Below are positions 1 through 9,238 of a stretch of 53,063 bases of DNA, piece by piece. The position numbers and the translations under genes are program-made. Source of the stretch: Clostridiaceae bacterium. GTDB lineage: Bacteria; Bacillota; Clostridia; DSM-8532. The stretch covers positions 1 through 53,063 of the forward strand of contig JAAYNO010000093.1 in NCBI GenBank assembly GCA_012520855.1, written 5' to 3'. The first letter of the stretch is position 1. Each line of letters opens with the position of its first letter. The notes below the pieces were generated by a model that did not search any database, was not told the origin of the DNA, and saw only the letters and a list, made by a program, of their open reading frames with translations.

Positions 1-1332
1 CTAATAATTGTTGACATGCTTCCCCGCATTCTTAATACACTTAATGAAAAGAATGCCGCAAAAGCCCATAAGTACCTTGAGAAAAAACTTAAGGTCGAAG
101 TGATTACAAAAACGAAGATAACTGAAGCAACAGAAAACAGCCTGGTTTATGAAGGCGGCGAAATCGAAACAAAAACAATTATATGGGCTGCGGGTATTAA
201 GGCTTGTGACGATACTGAAGACTGCGATCTTGACAGAATTAACGGGCAGCGAAGAGTAAAAGTGGACGAATTCTGCAGAACTGAAAATAAAAATGTTTAC
301 GCGGTAGGAGACCTGGGCGGTTTGACTGACGAGAATGGCTTCCCTTATGCTGCTATGGTAGAGAACGCCATCCAGACTGCTCATGGAGCTGCCGAGAATA
401 TACTTAATGATATTCGTGGAAAAGATCAAAAAAAGGTAACAGTAAAATTCCATGGCACAATGGTCAGCGTCGGCAATTATTTCTGTGTTTCCGAGATCAT
501 GGGCAAAAGTCTCCCTGTCTGGCTTTCGATTGTAATGAAGTTCATGGTGAATATCCATTATCTATGGGAAATAACTGGTTTCAGAGGAGTATCCAAGTAT
601 CTCTACCATGAGGTTCTGGAAAGAAGACAAAGAAAGATCCTTATAGAAAAACACTGGTCTACCCGTATTCAGGCATGGTGGCTTACTCCCCTCCGTCTTT
701 TCTTAGGCGGGATGTGGCTCTATGAAGGAATAGTAAAAATTGCAGATGGCTGGCTTAAATCCCCTAAGCTTGCAGCGTTCTTAGGTATGGCATCCGATGC
801 TGCAAGTGCCGCAACCAGCGCTGGTTCCTATGTAACAAGAATAGACGAAACCGGTATCATTAAAACAGGTATACTGAATTTCTTCATAGGTACCGAAACT
901 CGCCTGGTAGAAGGTATTGATATAAGCGCACAACATTTTTCCAGAATTGAGTTTTTCCATTTTGGAAATTTTAATCTTGTACCCTGGTTCTTAAAAAATG
1001 TTGTTTTAGCAAATGATGCTGTTGCAATGTTCTTCCAGATTATGGTCGTAATATTGGAGGTGCTTGTAGGGCTGATGCTTATAGGCGGTGCATTCACATT
1101 TATCGGTTCTTTGATTTCCTTTGGATTGATGATGATGTTTATGTCGTCAACAGGGATCTATGAAAAGAGCTGGTGGATGATATTTGCATCAATTGCAACT
1201 ATGGGCGGAGCAGGCAGAGCATTCGGACTTGACTACTACCTCATTCCCTATCTGAACAATGTTTGGGAGAGCTTCTGGAAGAATAAAAAATTCAGGCTTT
1301 TCTTCAAAGGTAGTCTGGACAGATTTGATTGA
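1..1332 (+). CDS. Type II NADH dehydrogenase (NDH-2 / pyridine nucleotide-disulfide oxidoreductase), C-terminal part, fused to a DoxX-like polytopic membrane domain. The 5' end is cut by the window edge.
   Basis: The frame is open from base 1 with no upstream stop. Motifs read: IIWAAGIK, YAVGDLGG and AENAIQTAHGAA, typical of the second Rossmann and C-terminal part of NDH-2. The last ~230 aa are hydrophobic and carry a DoxX-like LRLFLGGMWLYEG segment. Confidence 0.65.
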   Translation, partial: LIIVDMLPRILNTLNEKNAAKAHKYLEKKLKVEVITKTKITEATENSLVYEGGEIETKTIIWAAGIKACDDTEDCDLDRINGQRRVKVDEFCRTENKNVYAVGDLGGLTDENGFPYAAMVENAIQTAHGAAENILNDIRGKDQKKVTVKFHGTMVSVGNYFCVSEIMGKSLPVWLSIVMKFMVNIHYLWEITGFRGVSKYLYHEVLERRQRKILIEKHWSTRIQAWWLTPLRLFLGGMWLYEGIVKIADGWLKSPKLAAFLGMASDAASAATSAGSYVTRIDETGIIKTGILNFFIGTETRLVEGIDISAQHFSRIEFFHFGNFNLVPWFLKNVVLANDAVAMFFQIMVVILEVLVGLMLIGGAFTFIGSLISFGLMMMFMSSTGIYEKSWWMIFASIATMGGAGRAFGLDYYLIPYLNNVWESFWKNKKFRLFFKGSLDRFD

Positions 1333-1379
1333 TGTTCCTTTAATGCCTTCATTCGCTGTAATCCGGGAGGTTAATCGCA

Positions 1380-2318
1380 TTGTGGAGCAATTTTCCGGCT
1401 ATTAAAGAAGAAATGGCCGCGTTTGAGCAATATATAGAAAAAAAGCTTACTTCCAGAAACAGTTTTTTAAAGAATGCATCAAAGGAAGTGGTTTTATCGG
1501 GTGGAAAAAGGCTGCGTCCGGCATTTGCCATAATAGCTGCTCTGCACGGAGATTATGACAGAAGCAGAATTTTCCCTGCTGCTGCTTCAGTAGAGATACT
1601 GCATGCCGCAACACTTGTTCATGATGATATTATAGATAATGCCAAGATAAGAAGAGGACAACAGACTATTTCGGAAAAGCACAATACCAATCTGGCTGTT
1701 TATACCGGAGACTATCTTCTGACAAAGTCTTTGCGTTTGCTTCTGGAAACAGGCTTAAAACCAGAAAAGCTTGATGTATTGGCAAGGTCGATATCTCTTC
1801 TTTGTGAAGGTGAAGTTGAGCAATACCTTAGCAAGTATTCGGTGGTGAGTGTATACCAATACCTTAAGCGTATTCTGAGTAAAACAGGTATACTTTTTTC
1901 AGCATCTATGATATTGGGTGCTAAGACTGCTTATCTTTCCGATGATGAAACAAGACGGTTCGGACACTTTGGAATGTGCTTCGGTGCGGCTTTTCAAATA
2001 AGAGATGATCTTAAGGATCTGCTCTCGGAACAGGCGACTGAAGGCAAGCCTGTGTTAAATGATTTGAAAGAAGGAATAGTGACGCTGCCTGTTATAATGG
2101 CAGTTAAAAATAACCCCGGTTTTTTAAAGGAAGTAACTGATTATTTTAACGGTTACGGTGATATAAATATTATATTGCGCAATATTTTGGCATCAGGCGG
2201 AGTGAAAGACGCGGAGAGGCTAAAAAACCGTTATATTGAAAAATGTAGAAATATAATAAAAGACATACCACGAACCCCTTATACCAATGCTATGAGCGAA
2301 ATTGTGGACTGGTTGTAA
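1380..2318 (+). CDS. Polyprenyl diphosphate synthase (heptaprenyl/octaprenyl type, quinone side-chain synthesis)
   Basis: Both aspartate-rich motifs are present: LVHDDIIDNAKIRRG and FQIRDDLKD. GGKRLRP lies near the N-terminus. TTG start at 1380 sits behind GGGAGG; ATG 1413 is an alternative start. Confidence 0.85.
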   Translation: MWSNFPAIKEEMAAFEQYIEKKLTSRNSFLKNASKEVVLSGGKRLRPAFAIIAALHGDYDRSRIFPAAASVEILHAATLVHDDIIDNAKIRRGQQTISEKHNTNLAVYTGDYLLTKSLRLLLETGLKPEKLDVLARSISLLCEGEVEQYLSKYSVVSVYQYLKRILSKTGILFSASMILGAKTAYLSDDETRRFGHFGMCFGAAFQIRDDLKDLLSEQATEGKPVLNDLKEGIVTLPVIMAVKNNPGFLKEVTDYFNGYGDINIILRNILASGGVKDAERLKNRYIEKCRNIIKDIPRTPYTNAMSEIVDWL

Positions 2319-2374
2319 AATAGACCGTCTGAACACGAAGCTCTTTGCATATATTGAATTTTCAGGAGGACATT

Positions 2375-2881
2375 ATGAAGAAAGTACTGGCACTCACATT
2401 AGTAGCAGTTCTGTTGGCAGGATGCGGTGCAGCAGCATCTGTTAAAACAGGACTCGGACAAAACATTTCAATCGCAAAGTCAAGTGACGCGACAGCAGAA
2501 GCTGAGGGCCTTGCGCAGGTAGACACAGTTATGGCTGCGGTTACAGTTGACTCTGCAAAAAAAATCCTTGGTGTTGTGATTGACACAGCACAGGTTAGGG
2601 TTAATTTTGACACTGCGGGAAAAATTACTACCGATCTTAATGCTGAGCAGAAGACCAAGGTTGAGATTGGCGATGCTTACGGTATGAAGAAAGCTTCTTC
2701 TATCGGAAGAGAATGGTATGAACAGATTGCTGAACTTGAAAAATGGATGATCGGTAAGACTATTGACCAGATTACCGCGGTCAAAAGCCCTGCTGATGAG
2801 GCTGACCTTAAATCAAAGGTAACAGTTTCGATCAGCGATTATCAGGCAGCAGTAGCAGAGGCGGTATCAAACGCCAGATGA
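2375..2881 (+). CDS. Secreted lipoprotein of unknown family, candidate flavinylated (PplA/FMN_bind-like) protein
   Basis: ATG 2375 sits behind AGGAGGA. Signal peptide with lipobox LLAGC. Sits between the polyprenyl synthase and ApbE. The track ORF starts 30 nt earlier, but the RBS supports 2375. Confidence 0.7.
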   Translation: MKKVLALTLVAVLLAGCGAAASVKTGLGQNISIAKSSDATAEAEGLAQVDTVMAAVTVDSAKKILGVVIDTAQVRVNFDTAGKITTDLNAEQKTKVEIGDAYGMKKASSIGREWYEQIAELEKWMIGKTIDQITAVKSPADEADLKSKVTVSISDYQAAVAEAVSNAR

Positions 2882-2900
2882 TACTGTTTACTTAGTTTTG

Positions 2901-2930
2901 AAACCCCTTCTATTAAGGAGGGGTTTTACT
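2901..2930 (+). terminator. Hairpin plus T-rich tail after the lipoprotein gene
   Basis: AAACCCCTTC / GGAGGGGTTT stem followed by TTTTAC. May allow read-through into apbE. Confidence 0.45.
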
Positions 2931-2946
2931 TTAGTATGAGGTTTAT

Positions 2947-4026
2947 ATGAAAAAGACATTGAGCTTGCTGATCCTAATATTTGTCATATTTGTTTCCGGT
3001 TGTTCGGGCAATCAACCCGGATATACCAAGTACTCCTATGAATTTTTAGGGGTATTTGATACTGTCGTACAGTTTATAGGCTATGCAAAGAATCAGGATG
3101 AGTTTAAGGCTATATCCGAGATCGTGGAGAGCAGGTTTATCGAACTTAATAGGCTTTACGATATTTATAATGATTATGAAGGGATCAGCAATATCAAGAC
3201 TATAAATGATAACGCAGGCATCAAACCTGTGGAGGTTTCCCGGGAAATCATCGATCTTATTTTATTTTCAAAGCAATGGTATAATAAAACAAACAAAAAG
3301 TGCAATATTGCTTTAGGAGCCGTTCTGTCAATCTGGCATGATTACCGCGAAGAAGGAACAAATAATCCTGAGAAAGCAAAAATACCGCCGCTGGATATGC
3401 TTCAGGAGGCAAATAAACATACTGACATTGAAAAAGTAATTGTTGACGAAGTAAAAAATACTGTTTATCTTGAGGATGAGCATATGCGCCTGGATGTTGG
3501 TGCCGTTGCTAAAGGATATGCAAGTGAGTTAGTCGCAAACGAGCTTAAAGAGATGGGTTATACAAGCTTTATCATAAGCTCAGGAGGTAATGTCAAAGCT
3601 GTTGGACAGCCAATGGAATCTTCAAGAAACAAATGGGGTATCGGGCTTCAGGATCCTGACGGCGATCTGAATGATTCCGGCGAACCATCTCTCGACATTT
3701 TGTACTTAAGCGACCAATCCCTTGTTACCAGTGGAGATTATCAAAGATATTATATAGTGGATGGAAAACATTATCATCACTTGATCGATCCAGTAACACT
3801 TATGCCCTCGGAATACTTCAGGGCGGTTTCAGTTATGACCGAGGATTCCGGTTTGGCCGATTTTATGTCTACAACGATCTTCCTGACTCCCTATGAAGAG
3901 GGCAAAAAGCTTGCCGAAAGTGTCGGAGTCGACGTCATATGGATGATGAATGATGGTACTATAGAAGCTACAGATAATGCAAAAAGTAAAATGAAATACC
4001 TGGGTGGTGCTAAAAATACTGATTAA
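2947..4026 (+). CDS. apbE: FAD:protein FMN transferase (ApbE family), lipoprotein
   Basis: Lipobox FVSGC. ApbE-type motifs read: VGAVAKGYA, TSGDYQRYY and HHLIDP. Confidence 0.85.
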   Translation: MKKTLSLLILIFVIFVSGCSGNQPGYTKYSYEFLGVFDTVVQFIGYAKNQDEFKAISEIVESRFIELNRLYDIYNDYEGISNIKTINDNAGIKPVEVSREIIDLILFSKQWYNKTNKKCNIALGAVLSIWHDYREEGTNNPEKAKIPPLDMLQEANKHTDIEKVIVDEVKNTVYLEDEHMRLDVGAVAKGYASELVANELKEMGYTSFIISSGGNVKAVGQPMESSRNKWGIGLQDPDGDLNDSGEPSLDILYLSDQSLVTSGDYQRYYIVDGKHYHHLIDPVTLMPSEYFRAVSVMTEDSGLADFMSTTIFLTPYEEGKKLAESVGVDVIWMMNDGTIEATDNAKSKMKYLGGAKNTD

Positions 4027-4040
4027 GTGAGGGATATTGA

Positions 4041-4397
4041 ATGGTTTTGAAAAAACTGAGGGATTTTAAATTTGACAAGGGTTGGAAACTTCTTATTTAC
4101 TTTGATTTTCTGCTCCCTGCCCTTATTTTTCTAATTGCATTGATGACCCAGTCACCCTTTATAGCTAAAATTTTTCATTCCTATGAAATGTTTATTGTAA
4201 GCCCTATCCCGAACATCAAAGCACTGACGGGAATAATCGGTCTTGTCTATCATGCCGGTATAATCGTCTATACTGTGAAGAAGCGCAACTACATCGATAT
4301 GGCGATCTCCATAATTATTACATTACTGATAGCCGCCATGTTTTTATTTGAGATCAATTATATAATATTAAGGCCTCTTAAATTTTCCAGTTTTTAG
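4041..4397 (+). CDS. Small integral membrane protein (3 predicted TM helices), unknown function
   Basis: RBS GAGGGA lies 7 nt upstream. Hydrophobic segments are present. Last gene of the co-directional cluster. Confidence 0.5.
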   Translation: MVLKKLRDFKFDKGWKLLIYFDFLLPALIFLIALMTQSPFIAKIFHSYEMFIVSPIPNIKALTGIIGLVYHAGIIVYTVKKRNYIDMAISIIITLLIAAMFLFEINYIILRPLKFSSF

Positions 4398-4408
4398 AGG
4401 TGGTTTTT

Positions 4409-5146
4409 ATGGCTGGGCATATAAAAGTTAAATATCTTTCGCATAGTGGTTTTATGATCGAATATAAAAATACCGTCCTTATATTTGATTATTATCCTGA
4501 TCCTCATGACAACAAGGAATTAGATGCGAAAATCATTGATCTTTCCGGATTAAAGGATAAAAAGGTCCTGGTATTTTCATCCCATCGCCATCCCGATCAT
4601 TTTAACCCTGTGATTCTCTCATGGAAAAACGAGCTTAATGATATAGAGTATTATTTTTCTTCCGATATACCAAAGAAATACCACCATGAATTCGTATGTC
4701 TGCTAAGGCCTTATCAAACTTATGAAGATGAAGGCATCAGAATTCAAACCTTAAAGTCCACCGACGAAGGCGTTGCTTTTCTTGTATCTTTTTCGGGCAT
4801 AACCGTTTATCATGCAGGAGATCTCAACTGGTGGCATTGGAATGACGAATCAAAGGCTGCCAACAATGATATGGCTGCCCGTTTCAAGCATGAGATCTCG
4901 CTATTGAAGGATGTCAATATAGATATTGCCTTTCTGGCAGCAGATCCAAGACAGGAAGATGCAGAATTGTGGGGGCTGAACTGGTTTATGGAACATGTCA
5001 ATGTCAAAACGGTCTTCCCTATGCACTTCTGGGACGACTATTCCATAATGGACCGCATAAAAAGCCAAGCACAGAAAAAGCCCGGCCTTAAAAAGGTCAG
5101 GCTTATATCCAAACGCGGTGAAGTATTCAATGTTCCAATCACATAA
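4409..5146 (+). CDS. MBL-fold metallo-hydrolase
   Basis: HRHPDH (HxHxDH) motif and a later HAGD. RBS AGAGGTGG precedes ATG 4409. Confidence 0.7.
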   Translation: MAGHIKVKYLSHSGFMIEYKNTVLIFDYYPDPHDNKELDAKIIDLSGLKDKKVLVFSSHRHPDHFNPVILSWKNELNDIEYYFSSDIPKKYHHEFVCLLRPYQTYEDEGIRIQTLKSTDEGVAFLVSFSGITVYHAGDLNWWHWNDESKAANNDMAARFKHEISLLKDVNIDIAFLAADPRQEDAELWGLNWFMEHVNVKTVFPMHFWDDYSIMDRIKSQAQKKPGLKKVRLISKRGEVFNVPIT

Positions 5147-6431
5147 AATCTTTATTTAGCGTGCGATGGGTAAATGATTTTCTGTTCCCGGCATAATCAG
5201 CAACAATATGACCGTCGCCTGTCAATACATATTTATATGTTACTAGCCCCTCAAGACCTACAGGTCCTCTTGCGTGGATTTTATTGGTGCTTATTCCTAC
5301 CTCGGCTCCAAATCCGTACCTGAATCCGTCACTGAACCGTGTGGAGCAATTGGCAAATACATCACCCGAATCTACATACTTAAGAAACCTGTTGATGCTA
5401 TCTTTATTGTTGGACACGATAACATCGGTATGCCCTGAGCCATAGGTGTTTATATGGTCAATAGCCTCATCGATACTATCTACGATCTTAATGGAGATAA
5501 TATAATCCAGGTATTCGGTTTTCCAATCCTCTTCATCGGCCGGCAGGCATGATATGATCTCGCTTGTTCTCTCACAGCCCTTTATTACAACATTCTTTCT
5601 CTCAAAAGCTTCTGCGATGACCGGTAAAAACGTTCCTGCGATTTCATTATGGACCAGCAGAGTTTCCAGCGCGTTGCATACCGCAACATACTGGGTCTTG
5701 GAATCAATGACGATATCAACTGCCTTTTTTAAATCATAATCTGAATCAACATAACAGTGGCAAATACCGTCTGCATGGCCCAGTACGGGAATTCTTGAAT
5801 TGTCCATAATGTATCGGACAAACTCGTTTGAACCACGGGGAATTATCAAATCCACGTATTCGTCCAGCTTAAGCATCTCCGACACTTCATCACGGCTTTC
5901 CAGAAGGTTTATCCAGCCGTCGGGAAGACCGGCTTCTTTTGCTGCCGATGATATGGCCTCATAGAGGCATCTGTTCGTCAGCTGCGCCTCTCTCCCGCCT
6001 TTCAGTAAAACGGCATTTCCGCTTTTAAGGCAAAGCGTTGAGATCTGAACAAGGGCATCAGGACGGGATTCAAATATAATGCCTATAAGCCCGATCGGGC
6101 AGCTTACCCGGAAAAGCTCAAGCCCTTCGTCCAGTTCGGTGGCCAGCAGAGTTTTACCCACAGGATCTTCAAGATCAATAAGGCTGTTTATGCCTTCTAT
6201 CATACCCAGAAGCTTATTTTCATCAAATCGAAGCCTTTTTATAAGGGGCATGGCAAGATTCTCGGCCATGCTTCTTTCAACATCTTCTTCGTTGGCTTTA
6301 TATATTGCGTCTCTATTCTGGTAAAGCTTTTCAGCGATCAGCTTAAGAGCATTGTTCTTCTGCTGGGTCGATACCCCTGAAAGCTTTATTGATGCCGTTT
6401 TTGCATTCATTGCAAGACTCATGATATCCAT
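5139..6431 (-). CDS. proA: Glutamate-5-semialdehyde dehydrogenase (gamma-glutamyl phosphate reductase)
   Basis: Aldehyde dehydrogenase-type ProA sequence throughout (IFESRPD, LLKGGREA, VCNALETLLVH). Start set at MDIMSLAMN (ATG 6431, RBS GGGAGA). The longer track ORF would overlap prfC. Confidence 0.85.
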   Translation of the reverse strand: MDIMSLAMNAKTASIKLSGVSTQQKNNALKLIAEKLYQNRDAIYKANEEDVERSMAENLAMPLIKRLRFDENKLLGMIEGINSLIDLEDPVGKTLLATELDEGLELFRVSCPIGLIGIIFESRPDALVQISTLCLKSGNAVLLKGGREAQLTNRCLYEAISSAAKEAGLPDGWINLLESRDEVSEMLKLDEYVDLIIPRGSNEFVRYIMDNSRIPVLGHADGICHCYVDSDYDLKKAVDIVIDSKTQYVAVCNALETLLVHNEIAGTFLPVIAEAFERKNVVIKGCERTSEIISCLPADEEDWKTEYLDYIISIKIVDSIDEAIDHINTYGSGHTDVIVSNNKDSINRFLKYVDSGDVFANCSTRFSDGFRYGFGAEVGISTNKIHARGPVGLEGLVTYKYVLTGDGHIVADYAGNRKSFTHRTLNKDFM

Positions 6432-6593
6432 AGCATATCTCCCGACTAAACACTTTCTTTCGGATATTATAGCATAGTATCTGTTATATCGGTACTTTTT
6501 TGTACTGTTTCCTTGACTATGGGACACAAAAAAATATAATATATATTCTGTATCTATATTTGAATCGAAATGAGAGGAATGACTCGCAGACAT

Positions 6594-8189
6594 ATGGGCA
6601 CTGTAAAAGAACAACTAAATGCAGAAATAGAACGCAGAAGAACCTTTGCGATTATTTCGCACCCGGACGCGGGTAAAACAACATTAACCGAAAAGCTGCT
6701 GCTTTATGGAGGCGCCATACATATGGCAGGTTCGGTTAAAGCAAGAAAAGCAGCCAGACATGCCACTTCAGATTGGATGGAAATAGAAAAGCAGCGTGGT
6801 ATTTCAGTAACCTCCAGTGTTATGCAGTTTAACTATAAAAATTATTGCATAAATATTCTGGATACACCCGGCCATCAGGATTTCAGTGAGGATACCTACA
6901 GGACCCTTGTCGCCGCTGACAGCGCAGTCATGCTTATAGACGGAGCTAAAGGTGTTGAAACTCAAACCATTAAGCTTTTCCATGTATGTAAAATGAGAGG
7001 TATCCCTATCTTTACCTTCATTAACAAAATGGACAGAGCAAGTAAAGACCCTTTTGCCCTCATGCAGGAGCTTGAGGATGTACTGGGGATACAATCATAC
7101 CCCATTAACTGGCCTATTGGCACTGACGGGGATTTTAAAGGGGTATATAACCGTAAACTAAAGCAAATAGAGCTATTCACAAGCGATAAAACACACGGAC
7201 AGGCTATCATTAACTCTAACAAGGGCGGTGTTGAAGATCCTATATTTAAAGATCTTTTGGGAGAGCCCTATTATTCAAAGCTTGTTGATGATATTGAGCT
7301 TTTGGATGTCGCAGGTGACAGCTTTGATTTGCGCAAGGTATTAAAGGGTGAGCTCACACCTATCTTCTTCGGAAGTGCCATGACTAATTTCGGTGTAGAA
7401 CCGTTTTTGGAAGAATTTTTACAAATGTCACCCCCGCCCGGAGTACAGATTTTTAATGATAAAATAGTTGAACCTGAAAGTGAAGGTTTTACAGGATTCA
7501 TATTTAAGATACAAGCTAACATGAATCCCAGCCATAGGGACAGGCTGGCATTTATGAGAATATGCTCAGGTATATTTGAACGCAATATGCAGGTTATACA
7601 CAGTCGTTCCGGAAAATGGATCAGGCTTGCTCAGCCACAGCAGTTTATGGCTCAGGAGCGTGAATTAGTTGATACTGCATTTCCTGGAGATATCGTCGGG
7701 CTCTTTGATCCAGGTATTTTTCGTATCGGAGATACACTCAGCACTTCAGGAAGCCTTACTTTTAATGGTATCCCTTCCTTCCCCGCTGAATTCTTCGCCA
7801 GGGTTTCTGCGAAGGATACTATGAAACGCAAGCAATTCCTAAAAGGCTTGACACAGCTTTCGGAAGAAGGTGCGATTCAAATCTATAAGCAGCCTGACAT
7901 CGGGATCGAGGAATTTATAATAGGGGCTGTCGGAGTACTTCAATTTGAGGTCCTGGAATACCGGCTTAAAAATGAATATAATGTTGATTTGAAGCTGTCA
8001 CATTTAAACCACCGGCACGCTCGATGGATCACTGAAACCCCATGCGATCCCAGTGATCTGAATAAAACCTCAACAACTATGATCGTTAAAGATATACATG
8101 ATAATTACGTCCTTCTTTTTGAAAATGAATGGTCTATTCAATGGGCTCTTGACAGAAATAAAGGACTGGTTCTGAGGAATATATCGTAA
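6594..8189 (+). CDS. prfC: Peptide chain release factor 3 (translational GTPase)
   Basis: G-domain motifs AIISHPDAGKTT, DTPGHQDF and NKMD. Length and C-terminal domains fit RF3. Confidence 0.9.
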   Translation: MGTVKEQLNAEIERRRTFAIISHPDAGKTTLTEKLLLYGGAIHMAGSVKARKAARHATSDWMEIEKQRGISVTSSVMQFNYKNYCINILDTPGHQDFSEDTYRTLVAADSAVMLIDGAKGVETQTIKLFHVCKMRGIPIFTFINKMDRASKDPFALMQELEDVLGIQSYPINWPIGTDGDFKGVYNRKLKQIELFTSDKTHGQAIINSNKGGVEDPIFKDLLGEPYYSKLVDDIELLDVAGDSFDLRKVLKGELTPIFFGSAMTNFGVEPFLEEFLQMSPPPGVQIFNDKIVEPESEGFTGFIFKIQANMNPSHRDRLAFMRICSGIFERNMQVIHSRSGKWIRLAQPQQFMAQERELVDTAFPGDIVGLFDPGIFRIGDTLSTSGSLTFNGIPSFPAEFFARVSAKDTMKRKQFLKGLTQLSEEGAIQIYKQPDIGIEEFIIGAVGVLQFEVLEYRLKNEYNVDLKLSHLNHRHARWITETPCDPSDLNKTSTTMIVKDIHDNYVLLFENEWSIQWALDRNKGLVLRNIS

Positions 8190-8197
8190 GTTAACAG

Positions 8198-8224
8198 TAA
8201 AAACGGGTTATAAACCCGTTTTTC
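8198..8224. terminator. Bidirectional intrinsic terminator between convergent prfC and the ACT-domain gene
   Basis: AAAAACGGGTT ATAA ACCCGTTTTT: a perfect stem flanked by an A-run and a T-run. Confidence 0.6.
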
Positions 8225-8262
8225 TTGATTTAATCCGTATATGTAAAAATGGCTATGGTTGA

Positions 8263-8697
8263 TTACATGCCATAAATTTTTTCAGACGGTACAATTTCAA
8301 TATTATTTTTTTCCAGAGTCTCCATGGCATATTGAACATCATCGACTCTTATTATTACTAACGCCTTACAACTACCTACGTTACCGATAAAAGCATACAT
8401 ATACTCGATACCAATATCATTTTCTTCAAGGCAGTTTAAAGCCTGTGATAATCCGCCGGGTTTATCATCGACCCTTATTGCAATAACTTCAGTTGTTCCT
8501 ACTGAAAAGCCCTTTTCTGTTAAAACCTCTACGGCTAGATCCGGATTGTTCACAATAAGCCTGAGGATTCCGAACTCGGCTGTGTCAGCAATAGATAAAG
8601 CTCTGATATCAATTGAATTTTGGCCAAGTATTCTCGATACTTCGGCAAGCCTTCCAGATTTGTTTTCTAAAAAAACAGATACCTGCTTAACAAACAT
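8263..8697 (-). CDS. ACT domain-containing protein (tandem ACT, small-molecule binding)
   Basis: Two ~70-aa repeats begin VSVFLENKSGRLAEV and IAIRVDDKPGGLSQ, the typical ACT beta-alpha-beta-beta-alpha-beta starts. Confidence 0.7.
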   Translation of the reverse strand: MFVKQVSVFLENKSGRLAEVSRILGQNSIDIRALSIADTAEFGILRLIVNNPDLAVEVLTEKGFSVGTTEVIAIRVDDKPGGLSQALNCLEENDIGIEYMYAFIGNVGSCKALVIIRVDDVQYAMETLEKNNIEIVPSEKIYGM

Positions 8698-8784
8698 ACC
8701 CTCACCTCACTACTGATTTATAATATAATTTTACCACAGGCACCATATAAAAAACATCTCTGGAATAATACACTATCACCAAAG

Positions 8785-9069
8785 CTATGGCAGCAATAAA
8801 ACCTGGCCTGCATAGATGGTATCTCCACTGAGATCATTCAGCTTTTTTATATTATAAATATATTCACGAATATCAGAATTACGGGAATAAATTGAGGCTA
8901 TTTCCCAAAGAGTATCTCCTTTTGCAACCTTAATAACCTGGTGATCATATACTTGCGGTGATGAAGCACCCGCATTTACAATAAACCCCATAAAAACTGA
9001 AGCCAGGATTAGTACCAAAATCAGTGCTGCAAACCGTTTTTTATTCTTTAATCTATACCTTCTTCTCAT
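8785..9069 (-). CDS. Small membrane-anchored LysM protein, YneA-like SOS cell-division inhibitor candidate
   Basis: N-terminal TM helix plus a LysM module (HQVIKVAKGDTLWEIASIY...IYAGQVLLLP). Divergent from lexA, with LexA boxes in the shared intergenic region. Confidence 0.65.
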   Translation of the reverse strand: MRRRYRLKNKKRFAALILVLILASVFMGFIVNAGASSPQVYDHQVIKVAKGDTLWEIASIYSRNSDIREYIYNIKKLNDLSGDTIYAGQVLLLP

Positions 9070-9082
9070 AATACCGCCTCCA

Positions 9083-9094
9083 GAACACTTGTTC
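9083..9094. promoter_or_regulatory. LexA (Cheo/SOS) box 1
   Basis: GAACACTTGTTC matches the Gram-positive GAAC-N4-GTTC consensus. Lies next to the RBS of the LysM gene. Confidence 0.75.
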
Positions 9095-9112
9095 TTTTAA
9101 TGAAATTATATC

Positions 9113-9124
9113 GAACGGGTGTTC
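9113..9124. promoter_or_regulatory. LexA (Cheo/SOS) box 2
   Basis: CGAACGGGTGTTC: a perfect GAAC-N4-GTTC. Confidence 0.75.
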
Positions 9125-9141
9125 TTTTGTCAAGCTATATC

Positions 9142-9153
9142 GAACATTTGTTT
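9142..9153. promoter_or_regulatory. LexA (Cheo/SOS) box 3, imperfect
   Basis: CGAACATTTGTTT has one mismatch in the right half-site. Boxes 1, 2 and 3 start at 9083, 9113 and 9142, about 30 nt apart. Confidence 0.55.
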
Positions 9154-9238
9154 GACATTTTTTTATAATAACGATATAATGAGTGCAGAAATTGGTTAAT
9201 TCAGTTGATATTAAAATTTTTATACGGAGGATGTTTGA

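Noticed and set aside
1-558. 185-aa minus-strand ORF at the left edge
   Set aside because: It is antisense to the NDH-2 coding region, which has clear flavoprotein motifs.
6432-6614. N-terminal 61-aa extension of the proA ORF in the track (ORF to 6614), overlapping prfC
   Set aside because: The extension has no ProA similarity and overlaps the divergent prfC start region. An internal ATG at 6431 with a GGGAGA RBS gives a normal-length ProA. Similar spurious 5' extensions were trimmed for rplJ, scfB, paaK, ABC-F, purH, hcp and others.
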